Assembly: GCA_963666625.1 (NCBI GenBank)
Contig: OY762925.1
Location: 3,541,748 to 3,605,747, forward strand
Source of the DNA: Arenicellales bacterium
GTDB taxonomy: Bacteria > Pseudomonadota > Gammaproteobacteria > Arenicellales > JAJDZL01
DNA: 64,000 nucleotides
Direction of reading: 5' to 3'
In this document: positions 55,009-64,000 of the stretch, piece by piece
Position numbering within the stretch: position 1 is the first letter of the stretch
Layout: each line of letters opens with the position of its first letter
The notes under the pieces: model-generated
The model's input: the letters and a program-made list of their open reading frames with translations, nothing else
The model's database searches: none
Told to the model about the DNA's origin: nothing
Made by a program: the position numbers and the translations under genes

Positions 55009-56367
55009 TTATGTTACGCGACCTACACGAACTTCAATGCGTCGAAACCATAGTCCCAGGGTCAACCCTCGAATGACCATAAAGACCATCAGTGCGAGCC
55101 AGAGTCCATGATTGTCAAATGCCTTGGTTGTAAAGTGCGAAACCAAGAAAAATACCAGCATTGAAATGATCATGAAATTTCTCATTTCAGCTGTTCTCGT
55201 CATGCCAATATAAACACCATCATAGAGGAAAGGCCAAACACAGAAAAAAGGTGCAATGACAAGCCAGATCAGATACTCGTTCGCACCTTGACGCACTTCT
55301 TCGATTCCCGTAAGAAGTGATATGATGAGATTTCCACCGACCCAGTAGATCAGGCAGAATAACATAGCAACCAGTACTGACCAGACCAGCGTAACCGATA
55401 CGGTATTACGCAACCTCACCCGATCTCTTGCACCATACGCAGCACCGGCAAGCGCTTCTGCAGCATGAGCGAAACCGTCAAGGCCGAATGCCAAGAAGTG
55501 TAAAAGATGCAACAGAACTGCATTCGCGGCGAGAATGACATCTCCGCTACTTGAACTCTTCCACATGAAATAGATCCACACGACCTCCAGGCAGAGTGTT
55601 CTGATCATAATATTGATATTGACCTTTGACAGCTCAATCAACTTTTCTCTATCGAATATTCGATGCTCTTTGGGAATCTGAAGTGTGATACCCAAAACTC
55701 TTGCGCACACCACCAAGCCGACAACCGCAGTCAAAATCTCGCTGATCATGGTGGCGGCCGCCACACCGCGCACAGACCAGCCAAATCCGAGTACGAAAGT
55801 CAAGTCCAGTACGATATTCATGCCGTTCAGGAGCAGTTGCAGCAGTAAAGCGGTACGCATTCGCTGTAATCCGAACAGAACGCCGAGAATGACGAGATTG
55901 CACATCATGAACATCGCGCTCCAGATTCGGACACCGTAATATTCCAATGCGAATTTCTCGACTTCGATAGAAGCGTCGAAAAACCAGAACACAATGCTAC
56001 CAATCGGTATCTGCAATATGATCAGCATCCCGCCGAGTACCAAAGCAACTGAAAGTCCGCGAACGAAAGTTGCAGTCACTTCCGCATAATCATTGGATCC
56101 TACACTCTGCGCTACAAACCCTGTCGTTCCCATGCGAAGGAAACTGACCAGCCAAAATATCGAACTGAATACCAGTGCTCCGAGTGCGACCGCACCAATA
56201 TAGGCTGGGTTGGGAAGATGGCCTACTACAGCAGTATCGACAGCGCCTGCGAGCGGCAGACTCAGGTTGGCGATGATTACCGGCCAAGTCAGGCGCAAAA
56301 CTCTTTTGTGCAGAGGTCTGAGCCTCTTTTCGAAAATGGAATCCAACTTTGTAATCGACTCGATCAA
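55009..56367 (-). CDS. MATE-family efflux transporter
   Basis: 452 aa, about 12 hydrophobic segments. The N-terminal LTWPVIIANLSLPLAGAVDTAVVGHL block is typical of MATE/DinF proteins. Confidence 0.8.
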   Translation of the reverse strand: MIESITKLDSIFEKRLRPLHKRVLRLTWPVIIANLSLPLAGAVDTAVVGHLPNPAYIGAVALGALVFSSIFWLVSFLRMGTTGFVAQSVGSNDYAEVTATFVRGLSVALVLGGMLIILQIPIGSIVFWFFDASIEVEKFALEYYGVRIWSAMFMMCNLVILGVLFGLQRMRTALLLQLLLNGMNIVLDLTFVLGFGWSVRGVAAATMISEILTAVVGLVVCARVLGITLQIPKEHRIFDREKLIELSKVNINIMIRTLCLEVVWIYFMWKSSSSGDVILAANAVLLHLLHFLAFGLDGFAHAAEALAGAAYGARDRVRLRNTVSVTLVWSVLVAMLFCLIYWVGGNLIISLLTGIEEVRQGANEYLIWLVIAPFFCVWPFLYDGVYIGMTRTAEMRNFMIISMLVFFLVSHFTTKAFDNHGLWLALMVFMVIRGLTLGLWFRRIEVRVGRVT

Positions 56368-56456
56368 CTTTTCAGCTCACCACGAAAATCTCACACCCGC
56401 GCGAATACGAACGAAATTCAGTTGTTGTAAAATAGCCTGTCTCTAAGGGCACATCC

Positions 56457-56544
56457 GCCGGGATGGCGAAATTTGGCAGACGCGCCGGACTCAAAATCCG
56501 GTGGTGGAAACACCGTGAGAGTTCGAGTCTCTCTCCCGGCACCA
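56457..56544 (+). tRNA. tRNA-Leu (anticodon CAA), with encoded CCA
   Basis: Acceptor GCCGGGA/TCCCGGC, anticodon arm CCGGA-CTCAAAA-TCCGG, long variable arm (TGGTGGAAACACCGT), T-arm GAGAG-TTCGAGT-CTCTC, then ACCA. Confidence 0.9.
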
Positions 56545-57456
56545 ATTCTCTTTATTCATTAGTTAATCTTACTTCGCACACCACCGTCCTATCTGGTTAT
56601 ATTTTATTGATATTCAACAAGTTCTCGCCATTTCTTTTTCTTCTTCCATAGTATGGCTTACCGAGTGGAAGGTACAAATTATGTTTACATTATCAGACGG
56701 AGCATAATGGGATAACAGTACTTTCCGTCACAGACATCGACAACGGTGCAACCTCCCTCAGCTCGTTGGACGATAAACGTCTGTCCCATAGGACGATTTT
56801 TCGTCGATTCACACTCATGGTCAACCACCCGTAAGACAGCATCAAAAGTTCTTTACGATTAACGATCTGAAATCATAAGGTTCGGGCATTTTCGAGGTGA
56901 CTTGACAGCTCAATCTGAACCGCAATATGGGTAACGGGAAAACGTGCGATGAAGAAATTGTTGCAAAGCTGTCTGTAACTGGTGCCGACTTCGGAATTCG
57001 GTATAGATTGGTTGCATTTTCTCGGCTTAATTGATGATGCGAAACCCGCTGATCTTTGATCGACACACGATAGGTTCTTGTTTTGTGGCTCGCCCTCAAT
57101 TACATCAGACAAGACAGATGTCAGCCGACATTCGGATGTTGCATCGTTAATTATCGAATGAGCGTACAGCAACACGGATCGTTGTCCACGCACGACCTGT
57201 TACCTTATAGTCGGTCAGCGCTCTTTTCCGTCGAAGCCGCATAATCGACCTGCGATGCGAGTCAGCAAGTTGGTTGCGGGTAGGCATGAAGAGCGGATTC
57301 GTTGTTTGCCAGTCGGCTAATGCCTCTGGATTTCGAAAAGAATCGGTGTATGGCACTTGCAATCGAATAAAATGATCCTATCTTTTCTATTGGACAGGTA
57401 AATCTCATAAGCCGATGACAGGCACACAAATGACACATTCGAAATGGTGAGCAACT

Positions 57457-58137
57457 ATGGAAAGCGACAAGACGATACAGGACGAGATTAACGAATACCG
57501 GGCGCAGTTCGAAAAGAGCATGGCTTCGATTGCCGCCCATGAGGAAAAGGCTAAGGACGAGATGGCGGTATTACGCGCCCTGCACGCGGAGATTGCAGCG
57601 GAGCAGAAGGAGACAGCCAAGCAGCTGAAGAGGAACGCCAAGCAGCTGAGCGAATTGAACGGCAACTGGGGCAGGTTCGTGGAATCCTTGGTCGAGGGCG
57701 ACCTGGTTGGTTTGCTGAATAAGCGCGGGATCGAAGTCCATCGCTCCGCATGCCGTGTGGAAGCATCCTTTCCCCTCGACGACGGTACGCGCCGGCACAA
57801 GGAGTTCGATATCGTGGTGGCGAACGGTGAGGAAGTTGTTGTGGTGGAAGTCAAGACCACGCTGAGGCCGAACGATGTGAAAAAGTTTGTCGGTGCGATG
57901 AGGGATATTGCGAGGTACTTACCGGAATACAGTTCGAGAACGGTGTATGGTGCGATGGCGTATATCAGTTGCGGATCGGAGACTCACAAATACGCCGAGC
58001 GGCAGGGTCTGTATCTGATTCGGGCGACCGGCGACAGTGCCAGTATCGTGAATACGAGGCGATTCAGGCCGGTGTCGTTCACAACGGCATCGTTGCAACC
58101 ACCACAAAGCCATCTCAGGGCAGTACCTACTGGCTGA
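57457..58137 (+). CDS. Coiled-coil protein with C-terminal PD-(D/E)XK nuclease-like core
   Basis: The N-terminal about 70 aa are charged heptad-like (EEKAKDEMAVLRALHAEIAAEQKETAKQLKRNAKQL). HKEFDIVVANGEEVVVVEVKTTL then gives a D...E-x-K arrangement typical of restriction-endonuclease-fold proteins. Confidence 0.45.
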   Translation: MESDKTIQDEINEYRAQFEKSMASIAAHEEKAKDEMAVLRALHAEIAAEQKETAKQLKRNAKQLSELNGNWGRFVESLVEGDLVGLLNKRGIEVHRSACRVEASFPLDDGTRRHKEFDIVVANGEEVVVVEVKTTLRPNDVKKFVGAMRDIARYLPEYSSRTVYGAMAYISCGSETHKYAERQGLYLIRATGDSASIVNTRRFRPVSFTTASLQPPQSHLRAVPTG

Positions 58138-58362
58138 CCTTCCAGTGCCGGACGCGCCGGATTTACCGCACTTAGCTGCATACGTCGGTCAGAGGGAATC
58201 ACCGAGTGCCCCAGACACCGGTCCTACTGAACGAAATGCGACCCCTGACAGCCGACTGATCGAATCAATGCAATCGTCATTCTTGCAAAGGCGCGCGTTT
58301 TCACCCTACCAAAAAATACCGGCACGATCCATAGAAACGCGCCGGTACTATCAGTCTTTCGA

Positions 58363-58660
58363 CTATGATGGGAACGAATACGGCAACTTACGTGCTCGGA
58401 TAACTTCCCCTTCCGTAGTGTCAGTATACGGAATTTGATCGGAGCGAAACTTTGACATACTGGCAAAAATTTTCGCACTCCACGGATCGCTGGCAATCTG
58501 GTCAGCGATGATCTGACCAGCCGCATTACCAATGGCGATAAGCGCATCATCCGGAATGACCTTCACAACGACGCCTTCCTCATTAATCAGCTTTTGTAGA
58601 ATTGCGCCAGAGTAAGCAACGGGTTCTGAAAGTGCGAAATGATTTGCAAACTGTATGTGG
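58363..58660 (-). pseudogene. Displaced 3' fragment of a TRAP substrate-binding protein (dctP-like) gene
   Basis: The frame reads ...QFANHFALSEPVAYSGAILQKLINEEGVVVKVIPDDALIAIGNAAGQIIADQIASDPWSAKIFASMSKFRSDQIPYTDTTEGEVIRARKLPYSFPS*. The last 66 aa are 59/66 identical to the C-terminus of the intact DctP at 61226-62326. There is no N-terminal part. Confidence 0.75.
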
Positions 58661-58680
58661 TTGCTGAAGAAGATGCAACT

Positions 58681-59084
58681 TCATTCCAGGTTTTTGATGT
58701 TTCCTTCTTCAAATTTGTAAGTATGATGTTTGCCTTTTCTGTCAATTGACCGGTACGTATTCGGTCCAATTTGCCACAGGAGCGAACAGCCCCATTTTTT
58801 GCTTGTCACTTCAACCGTGCAAAACCCCTTCTCCTTGTCCACCTTCCATTTACCTTTGTAGGTCTTATTATCATACCAGATTATTCGCTTTTTCCCTTCG
58901 GGATAGTAGGCAAACCAGTTCGGGCCTACCGCAGTGTTGTTCGTGATTAAACTAGCTATTTGACTCGTCGTCAGTGGAACCGCACCGGCATCTACAGCAG
59001 CCTGTAAACTACCCCCCCCCCTGCATGCGCAGAGAATGTAGTCAGTATGATCGATATCAAGCAAACTATTGCAGATTTTCTCAT
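58681..59084 (-). pseudogene. Secreted small protein gene interrupted by a G10 homopolymer (phase-OFF as sequenced)
   Basis: ATG at 59084 with an AGGAG RBS encodes the signal peptide MRKSAIVCLISIILTTFSAHA. It then runs into G10 (C10 on the plus strand, 59012-59021) and stops after 9 more codons. The 120-aa mature domain (SLQAAVDAGAVPLTTSQ...WKVDKEKGFCTVEV...) is in the +1 frame. Confidence 0.6.
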
Positions 59085-59366
59085 TTTCGTACTCCTATAG
59101 TTGTTGTCAATATATGAACTGTCCTTTCATTTGGTGGTAGAGTGGAATTATATCAATCAGAGGGGTCTGTTCAATCCTTCAAAAAGCCGATAAACAGATC
59201 AAAATACTCTCAATAATCAGCCTTGGTGATGCGTTCCCTAGCGGATTCAGTTTTGGGGTGGATACCGAATATATTCCAAGAAATTTAGATAACTGAACTC
59301 AAATCCATTACAATCAAATCTTCGATGTATCGGTTTTTTTTCGTCCATTAGAAGGGGATTATTGCT

Positions 59367-60515
59367 ATGGAAACGATCACCAGGTTTCTTTCGTTTCTAA
59401 TTGTTGGAACGGTTCTTTTTTTCGGTACTGGCTTAGTGGGAAACGATAATTCATATGCAAGTCACGACAAGAATTTGAGCAAATCGGAACTGGACAAAAA
59501 ATTGCAAGTTCTTCTCTATGGAATTCACGAACGACTTGGAGCAGAAAAAATTCGTGCAGCGAAAAATCCCCGCAAACTTGCAACATCGATTGAAGAGCTT
59601 CCGAAAGCAGTCAGAAGTGAAATAAAAAAATCATCGCTACTCAGTATAGTCTACTACGACGGCAGTCAAATCACGCACGAATGGCGAAGGAATGACATAC
59701 CCAAGGACTACCCCGTGTATAGTGCTTCAATGTCCAAAAGCGTACTTTCGTATCTGATCGGAAAGGCATATTGTGACGGACGTATTGATTCACTGGAAGA
59801 TCCATTGATCAAGTACATTCCCGAGCTGAAGGATTCCTATTACGGTAAGGTAAAGATTATCGAATCATTGAACATGGCGGCAGGAGACGGCAAACTGTAT
59901 TCTGGCGATTCCGGCGGACTGGGTGGTGATTGGGGACTTTACGTACTCCCTTTATGGAACAAAGAGGCAAGTGTATTACAGGTTGTTAAAAAACTGGGAG
60001 ACCAAAAGCAGCCGAAAAAGAAAAAATTCAGATACACGAATGCGAACACCGATCTTCTAGGTATCGTTCTAGCCAGAGTATCTCCTGAGGGAATTGGAGA
60101 ATTCGCCGGTACCGCGCTTGCTGATGTAGCAGGAATGGAGCATCCCAGCGAATTTAAAACAGATATAGCCTCGAATATCATGGCTTTTGCGTACTACTAC
60201 GCGACACCAAAGGACTTGTTGCGCATTGGAATAAAAATCGCGGAAGATTTCAATTCAGACACTTGTATCGGTGAATATCTTCGCGAATCAGTTACTGAAT
60301 CCGTTCGAATCAATGACGACGAATGCAAAAGATATGGAAGAAAATTTTGGACTAAATGCGGTTCAAAGAAAAACGCTACTATTCGTATGAAAGGACACGG
60401 CGGCAAACGAATCATTATTCAACCTGAAACCAACCGCGTTCTGGTCATTCATGCCATGCGCAACGACTACGAGTTGTCAAGAGTATTCAAGTCAATTTTC
60501 AAAAAGAAAAAATAG
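59367..60515 (+). CDS. Beta-lactamase-family serine hydrolase (secreted)
   Basis: N-terminal hydrophobic signal, SxxK motif in YSASMSKSVLSYLIG, and YxN motif in FRYTNANTDLLG. Confidence 0.7.
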   Translation: METITRFLSFLIVGTVLFFGTGLVGNDNSYASHDKNLSKSELDKKLQVLLYGIHERLGAEKIRAAKNPRKLATSIEELPKAVRSEIKKSSLLSIVYYDGSQITHEWRRNDIPKDYPVYSASMSKSVLSYLIGKAYCDGRIDSLEDPLIKYIPELKDSYYGKVKIIESLNMAAGDGKLYSGDSGGLGGDWGLYVLPLWNKEASVLQVVKKLGDQKQPKKKKFRYTNANTDLLGIVLARVSPEGIGEFAGTALADVAGMEHPSEFKTDIASNIMAFAYYYATPKDLLRIGIKIAEDFNSDTCIGEYLRESVTESVRINDDECKRYGRKFWTKCGSKKNATIRMKGHGGKRIIIQPETNRVLVIHAMRNDYELSRVFKSIFKKKK

Positions 60516-61174
60516 CAAATCAAAAATTCGACGAGTGACATTCTGTTTTGTGTGCTGTCAATTTCTAGTTAAGCAATCTTTTCAGCGATAGAGAATTCAC
60601 ACTAGGCAATTGACCAGGAAAGGTTGACCATCCCATTCAAAAACCCTCTGAGCTCGATAAGCGCATAATAATAGCTATGAAAAATACAAGTGATACTGTT
60701 CCAGGATCGTTCGCTTGGCGTGTCTCAAACTATATCGCAGCGAACCAACCGGGGAGATAGCGGGTCGTATCGACATTTGGGACAGAATAGAAGTATTGTC
60801 TGCGTCGAAATATACTCGGCACTCCGCAAGATTAAGTCAAACCGGTAGATTAGCCAGATAAATACACCTCAAATTTGAATTACCAATTGGAACAGATGAA
60901 AATAAGGTAGCATTTCCCGTATTGAAAACATAACCCAGTGTAGATGGACTTAAGGGTCGGAAATTGCCAGAACCGAGATAGTTGTCGAATTCTGTCTGTC
61001 AGAGTGGCAGTTTACGTTCAGATTCAGTAAGTTTCCGCTTCTTAACGAGCCTTTACTGTTCAGCTAACCTTTCGATTTTTCGGATCGGTAGAGGAAATGA
61101 ACCGCCAAGTAAACCAATCACAACAATTGCCGGTATAGCATGATAAGTGGCACTACGTACAATGCTTGGTGCAC

Positions 61175-61207
61175 AAAAAAAACGGCACGGCTCGTAGAGC
61201 CGTGCCG
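61175..61207 (-). terminator. Rho-independent terminator of dctP
   Basis: 11-bp perfect stem CGGCACGGCTC / GAGCCGTGCCG with a 3-nt loop (61183-61207). On the minus strand it is followed by a T8 run (A8 at 61175-61182). It lies 19 nt past the dctP stop. Confidence 0.8.
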
Positions 61208-61225
61208 GAAATATTAGTCATTCGA

Positions 61226-62326
61226 CTATGACGGGAATTTATAAGGCAACTTACGTACGCGAATAATTTCCCCTTCCGTAGTATCGGTATATGGAATCTG
61301 CTCGGAACGGAACTTTGACATACTCGCAAAGATTTTCGCACTCCATGGATCATTGGCGATTTGATCGGCGATTATTTCACCAGCCGCATTTCCAATTGCG
61401 ATCATCGCGTCATCGGGGATGACTTTGACAATTACACCTTCCTCATTGATCAGCTTTTGAAGGATTGCACCAGAGTAAGCAACCGGTTCTGCAAGACCGA
61501 ATTGATTTGCAGAATACGCACACTGCCTGACTATTGCCTTCAGGTCGGCTGGCAGAGAATCCCATGCCACCGGATTGATAAACAGGTCGAGTCCAGTTGC
61601 CACTTCGTGGAATCCCGGTGTGTAGTAATATTTTCCGTAACGCCAGAATCCCATGGTTGCCTCACCGTAAGGACTGTTCCATTCGACCCAATCCACAGCT
61701 CCAGAGGCAAATGCTTGCGCAACTTCTGAGCCTGGAAGGTTTATCACGGTTGCACCAATTGCTGACATAGCCGCACCACCAAGTCCGGGCATACGCATTT
61801 TCAGCCCTTTAAAATCCTCGAGTGAATTCACTTCCTTTCGAGAATAACCGGGATGCTGCACACCGGTATTTCCGCAGATTAGGAATCGACAGCCAAACGC
61901 ATCTTGATAGAACTCATCACAGAGTTCTTCTCCTCCCCCAAAGCGAAGCCATGCATTGTATTCCTGTGCTAACAATCCAAATGGGAAATTACTCATTAAT
62001 TGCGAAGCGATCGCTTTCCCCTTCCAGTAATACGGGGCACCATGCCCCATCTCGACTGTTCCCGCGCTTACGGCATCAATCGACTCAAACGGCGGGACGA
62101 CTTCACCACCTGCAAATAACTTGATTTCGAGACGGCCGTTTGAACATGCCGTCACCTGATCGGCAAAATATTGAGCTGTCGTCCCGAGTCCTGGCAAGTT
62201 TCTCGACCAAGTAGTAATCAATCGCCACTGAAAGCGATCTTGGGAAATTGCCGGAGTTGCAAGTGCTGCAGACGCTACTCCCGTCGCCGCTGCTCCTGAT
62301 GTCTTGATGAAATCTCTTCTTTTCAT
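61226..62326 (-). CDS. dctP: TRAP transporter substrate-binding protein (DctP family) with Tat-type signal
   Basis: MKRRDFIKTSGAAATGVASAALATPA twin-arginine-like signal, 366 aa, adjacent to the TRAP large permease gene. Confidence 0.8.
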   Translation of the reverse strand: MKRRDFIKTSGAAATGVASAALATPAISQDRFQWRLITTWSRNLPGLGTTAQYFADQVTACSNGRLEIKLFAGGEVVPPFESIDAVSAGTVEMGHGAPYYWKGKAIASQLMSNFPFGLLAQEYNAWLRFGGGEELCDEFYQDAFGCRFLICGNTGVQHPGYSRKEVNSLEDFKGLKMRMPGLGGAAMSAIGATVINLPGSEVAQAFASGAVDWVEWNSPYGEATMGFWRYGKYYYTPGFHEVATGLDLFINPVAWDSLPADLKAIVRQCAYSANQFGLAEPVAYSGAILQKLINEEGVIVKVIPDDAMIAIGNAAGEIIADQIANDPWSAKIFASMSKFRSEQIPYTDTTEGEIIRVRKLPYKFPS

Positions 62327-62583
62327 ATCTAACTCCTTTGTCTAAGTAAATAATTTATTAATCGGTTCACTACTGAACATAATGAAGTGCGTGAACCCTT
62401 GTGTGATTTTTATCGACTACTCAATCTTAACTTATATATTATGAATATGCAAGATGAAAAAGACAGGCGTCAACTAGCGAAAGAAACCACTTGTTGTATT
62501 TGTTTGGAATCGACGAGAGAGGTGTGCTCCTCTCCCAATCCACAGTGCTCAGGACCTCTACTCATCGCAATTTCGTGAATTTC

Positions 62584-63981
62584 CTATCCGAAAAGTTGTT
62601 TCGGCAACCAAGTGGCCAACTGTGGAAAATAAGCCAGGACACACAGTGCGATAAGTTGCAGTACAACGAAAGGTATGACTCCCCGATAAATATCACCAGT
62701 CTTGATTCTCTTGGGTGCCACACCCCGCAAATAAAACAGTGCCCAACCAAATGGTGGTGTCATAAAGCTTGTCTGAAGGTTCAAACCGATCATGACACCA
62801 AGCCAAACCGGGTTGATATCCGTCTTGAGCAGTGCCGGTGCAAAGATCGGTACGACGATGAATACGATTTCGATAAATTCAAGGATGAATCCCAAAAGAA
62901 AAATCAGGATCATTACAAAAATCAAAGCCGTTATCGTACCGCCCGGTAACGAAAGAAGAAAGTGCTCGACAACTTCGTCACCGCCGAGTCCGCGGAATGT
63001 CAGCGAAAAAAGTGAAGCACCGATCAATATGCCAAATACCATGCACGAAATACGGGTTGTCGAACGAACTACCTCACCAAGAATTTTCCAGTTCAGCATC
63101 TTACGAGTCGCTGCGAGCAACATTGCGCCAACCGCACCGAATGAAGCTGCTTCTGTCGGTGTTGCCAGTCCGCCTAGAATGGAACCAAGAACTGCCAGGA
63201 TGAGAAACAACGGAGGGATAAGGACTTTGATAATCTGAGTTGTGAGGTGACTTCGATCCATGGTCGAGTCATAGTAAGCGGGTGAAGCAACAGGACGAAA
63301 CAAGGCAACGATCACTTGCCAACCAAAGTACAACCCCACCAGCATCAGCCCCGGTAAAACTGCTCCAGCAAACAGATCAATGACGGAGAATGGTTCGAAT
63401 AAGAAATTTCCGATAGATAGCTGCGCTTCGCTGTACATTCCTGCCAACACGTCACCGAGCAACACCAATACCACTGAAGGAGGAATGATTTGTCCGAGAG
63501 TTCCGGCCGCACAGATCGTCCCACATGCCAGTTTAGGATCGTAATTCGCCCGTAGCATCGTTGGCAGGCTGAGCAACCCCATGGTTACCACTGTAGCACC
63601 GACGATGCCGGTCGTGGCGGCGAGCAACATGCCGACGAACGTTACCGAAATACCAAGCCCACCGCGCAACTGTCCAAAACACTGTCCCATGGTTGTCAAA
63701 AGCTCTTCAGCGATTTTGGATTTTTCCAGCATTACACCCATGAAAACAAACAACGGGACTGCAACCAGGAGCTCATTGGTCATCACTCCGAAAAATCGCG
63801 AAGGAAGGGCGTTGAAAAACAGCATGTCGAAGACGCCCATGGATTGCCCGATCAGGGCAAAAACCACACCGACTCCTGCAAGTGTGAACGCAACCTGGTA
63901 CCCGACGAGCATTGCCCCGCAAATCGTTACGAGCATGATCATCGCAAGTATCTGGCCGCTATCCACCGTGTCCTCCTTCAA
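62584..63981 (-). CDS. dctM: TRAP transporter large permease (DctM family)
   Basis: About 450-aa polytopic membrane protein with a DctM-like N-terminus (MLVGYQVAFTLAGVGVVFALIG). The start is uncertain: TTG at 63981 or an internal ATG about 13-15 codons downstream. Confidence 0.8.
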   Translation of the reverse strand: MKEDTVDSGQILAMIMLVTICGAMLVGYQVAFTLAGVGVVFALIGQSMGVFDMLFFNALPSRFFGVMTNELLVAVPLFVFMGVMLEKSKIAEELLTTMGQCFGQLRGGLGISVTFVGMLLAATTGIVGATVVTMGLLSLPTMLRANYDPKLACGTICAAGTLGQIIPPSVVLVLLGDVLAGMYSEAQLSIGNFLFEPFSVIDLFAGAVLPGLMLVGLYFGWQVIVALFRPVASPAYYDSTMDRSHLTTQIIKVLIPPLFLILAVLGSILGGLATPTEAASFGAVGAMLLAATRKMLNWKILGEVVRSTTRISCMVFGILIGASLFSLTFRGLGGDEVVEHFLLSLPGGTITALIFVMILIFLLGFILEFIEIVFIVVPIFAPALLKTDINPVWLGVMIGLNLQTSFMTPPFGWALFYLRGVAPKRIKTGDIYRGVIPFVVLQLIALCVLAYFPQLATWLPKQLFG

Positions 63982-64000
63982 AATCTTCTCCGGTTTCCTC
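63959..64000 (-). CDS. TRAP small permease (DctQ-like), 3' end only (runs off window)
   Basis: The open minus-strand frame ends ...EETGEDFEGGHGG* and overlaps the dctM start. Assignment is by operon position only. Confidence 0.35.
   Translation of the reverse strand, partial: EETGEDFEGGHGG

Noticed and set aside
56650-57450. Possible P4-type integrase pseudogene next to tRNA-Leu.
   Set aside because: Only one ~45-aa stretch is faintly integrase-like. The catalytic HxxR and Tyr motifs are not identifiable and the frames are broken, so the evidence is insufficient for a feature call. It is mentioned only as a hint in the islet finding.
1-64000. CRISPR arrays, rRNA genes or prophage structural modules.
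   Set aside because: No regularly spaced short direct repeats, no rRNA-like sequence, and no capsid, tail or terminase-like ORFs were seen anywhere in the window.

Overview
The window appears to be gammaproteobacterial chromosome: ratA-rnfH / smpB-ssrA synteny, tmRNA tag ANDDNYALAA, and DmdA-like, TRAP and Liv-type transport genes. It carries several mobile insertions. All calls rest on reading the ORF translations and the DNA by eye; no database search was run.

(1) 1-3715 is a recombinase-in-trio (RIT) element. It has three overlapping tyrosine recombinase genes between perfect 88-bp terminal inverted repeats. It abuts, and apparently truncates, an IS4-family transposase gene (3712-4770).

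(2) 5300-9688 is a GC-rich four-gene catabolic operon on the minus strand.

(3) About 9.7-34.39 kb is a visibly AT-rich composite island inserted at the 3' end of the tmRNA gene ssrA (34354-34717, minus strand).
- An intact large serine recombinase gene (32701-34389) reads 36 nt antisense into ssrA.
- Decayed copies of the recombinase 3' end, an ssrA-3'-end mimic and a conserved HTH-coding 'tail' recur at about 13.6, 16.1 and 17.0-17.4 kb. This suggests tandem accretion of several ssrA-specific elements.
- Cargo is almost entirely defence and toxin-antitoxin genes: decayed higBA-type modules, an orphan Phd/YefM antitoxin, an AbiL-like AAA-ATPase/RloB pair (rloB frameshifted), vapBC, a complete type I R-M operon with accessory genes, and a MerR-like plus DUF2806-like pair.
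- The most interesting cargo is a five-gene cluster (17642-21218): three TIR-type proteins, a stand-alone SLOG-like protein and a small 3-TM protein. It has Thoeris-like parts but no canonical ThsA.

(4) 34.8-56.4 kb is ordinary core metabolism: smpB, a homocysteine methyltransferase, ratA/rnfH, CoA ligases, metY, a Liv-type ABC transporter, queA, sseA and a MATE transporter.

(5) tRNA-Leu(CAA) lies at 56457-56544. It is followed by an AT-rich islet containing:
- a PD-(D/E)XK-like gene;
- a displaced copy of a dctP 3' end;
- a secreted-protein gene interrupted by a G10 tract;
- a beta-lactamase-family hydrolase gene.
The TRAP transporter genes dctP, dctM and partial dctQ follow.
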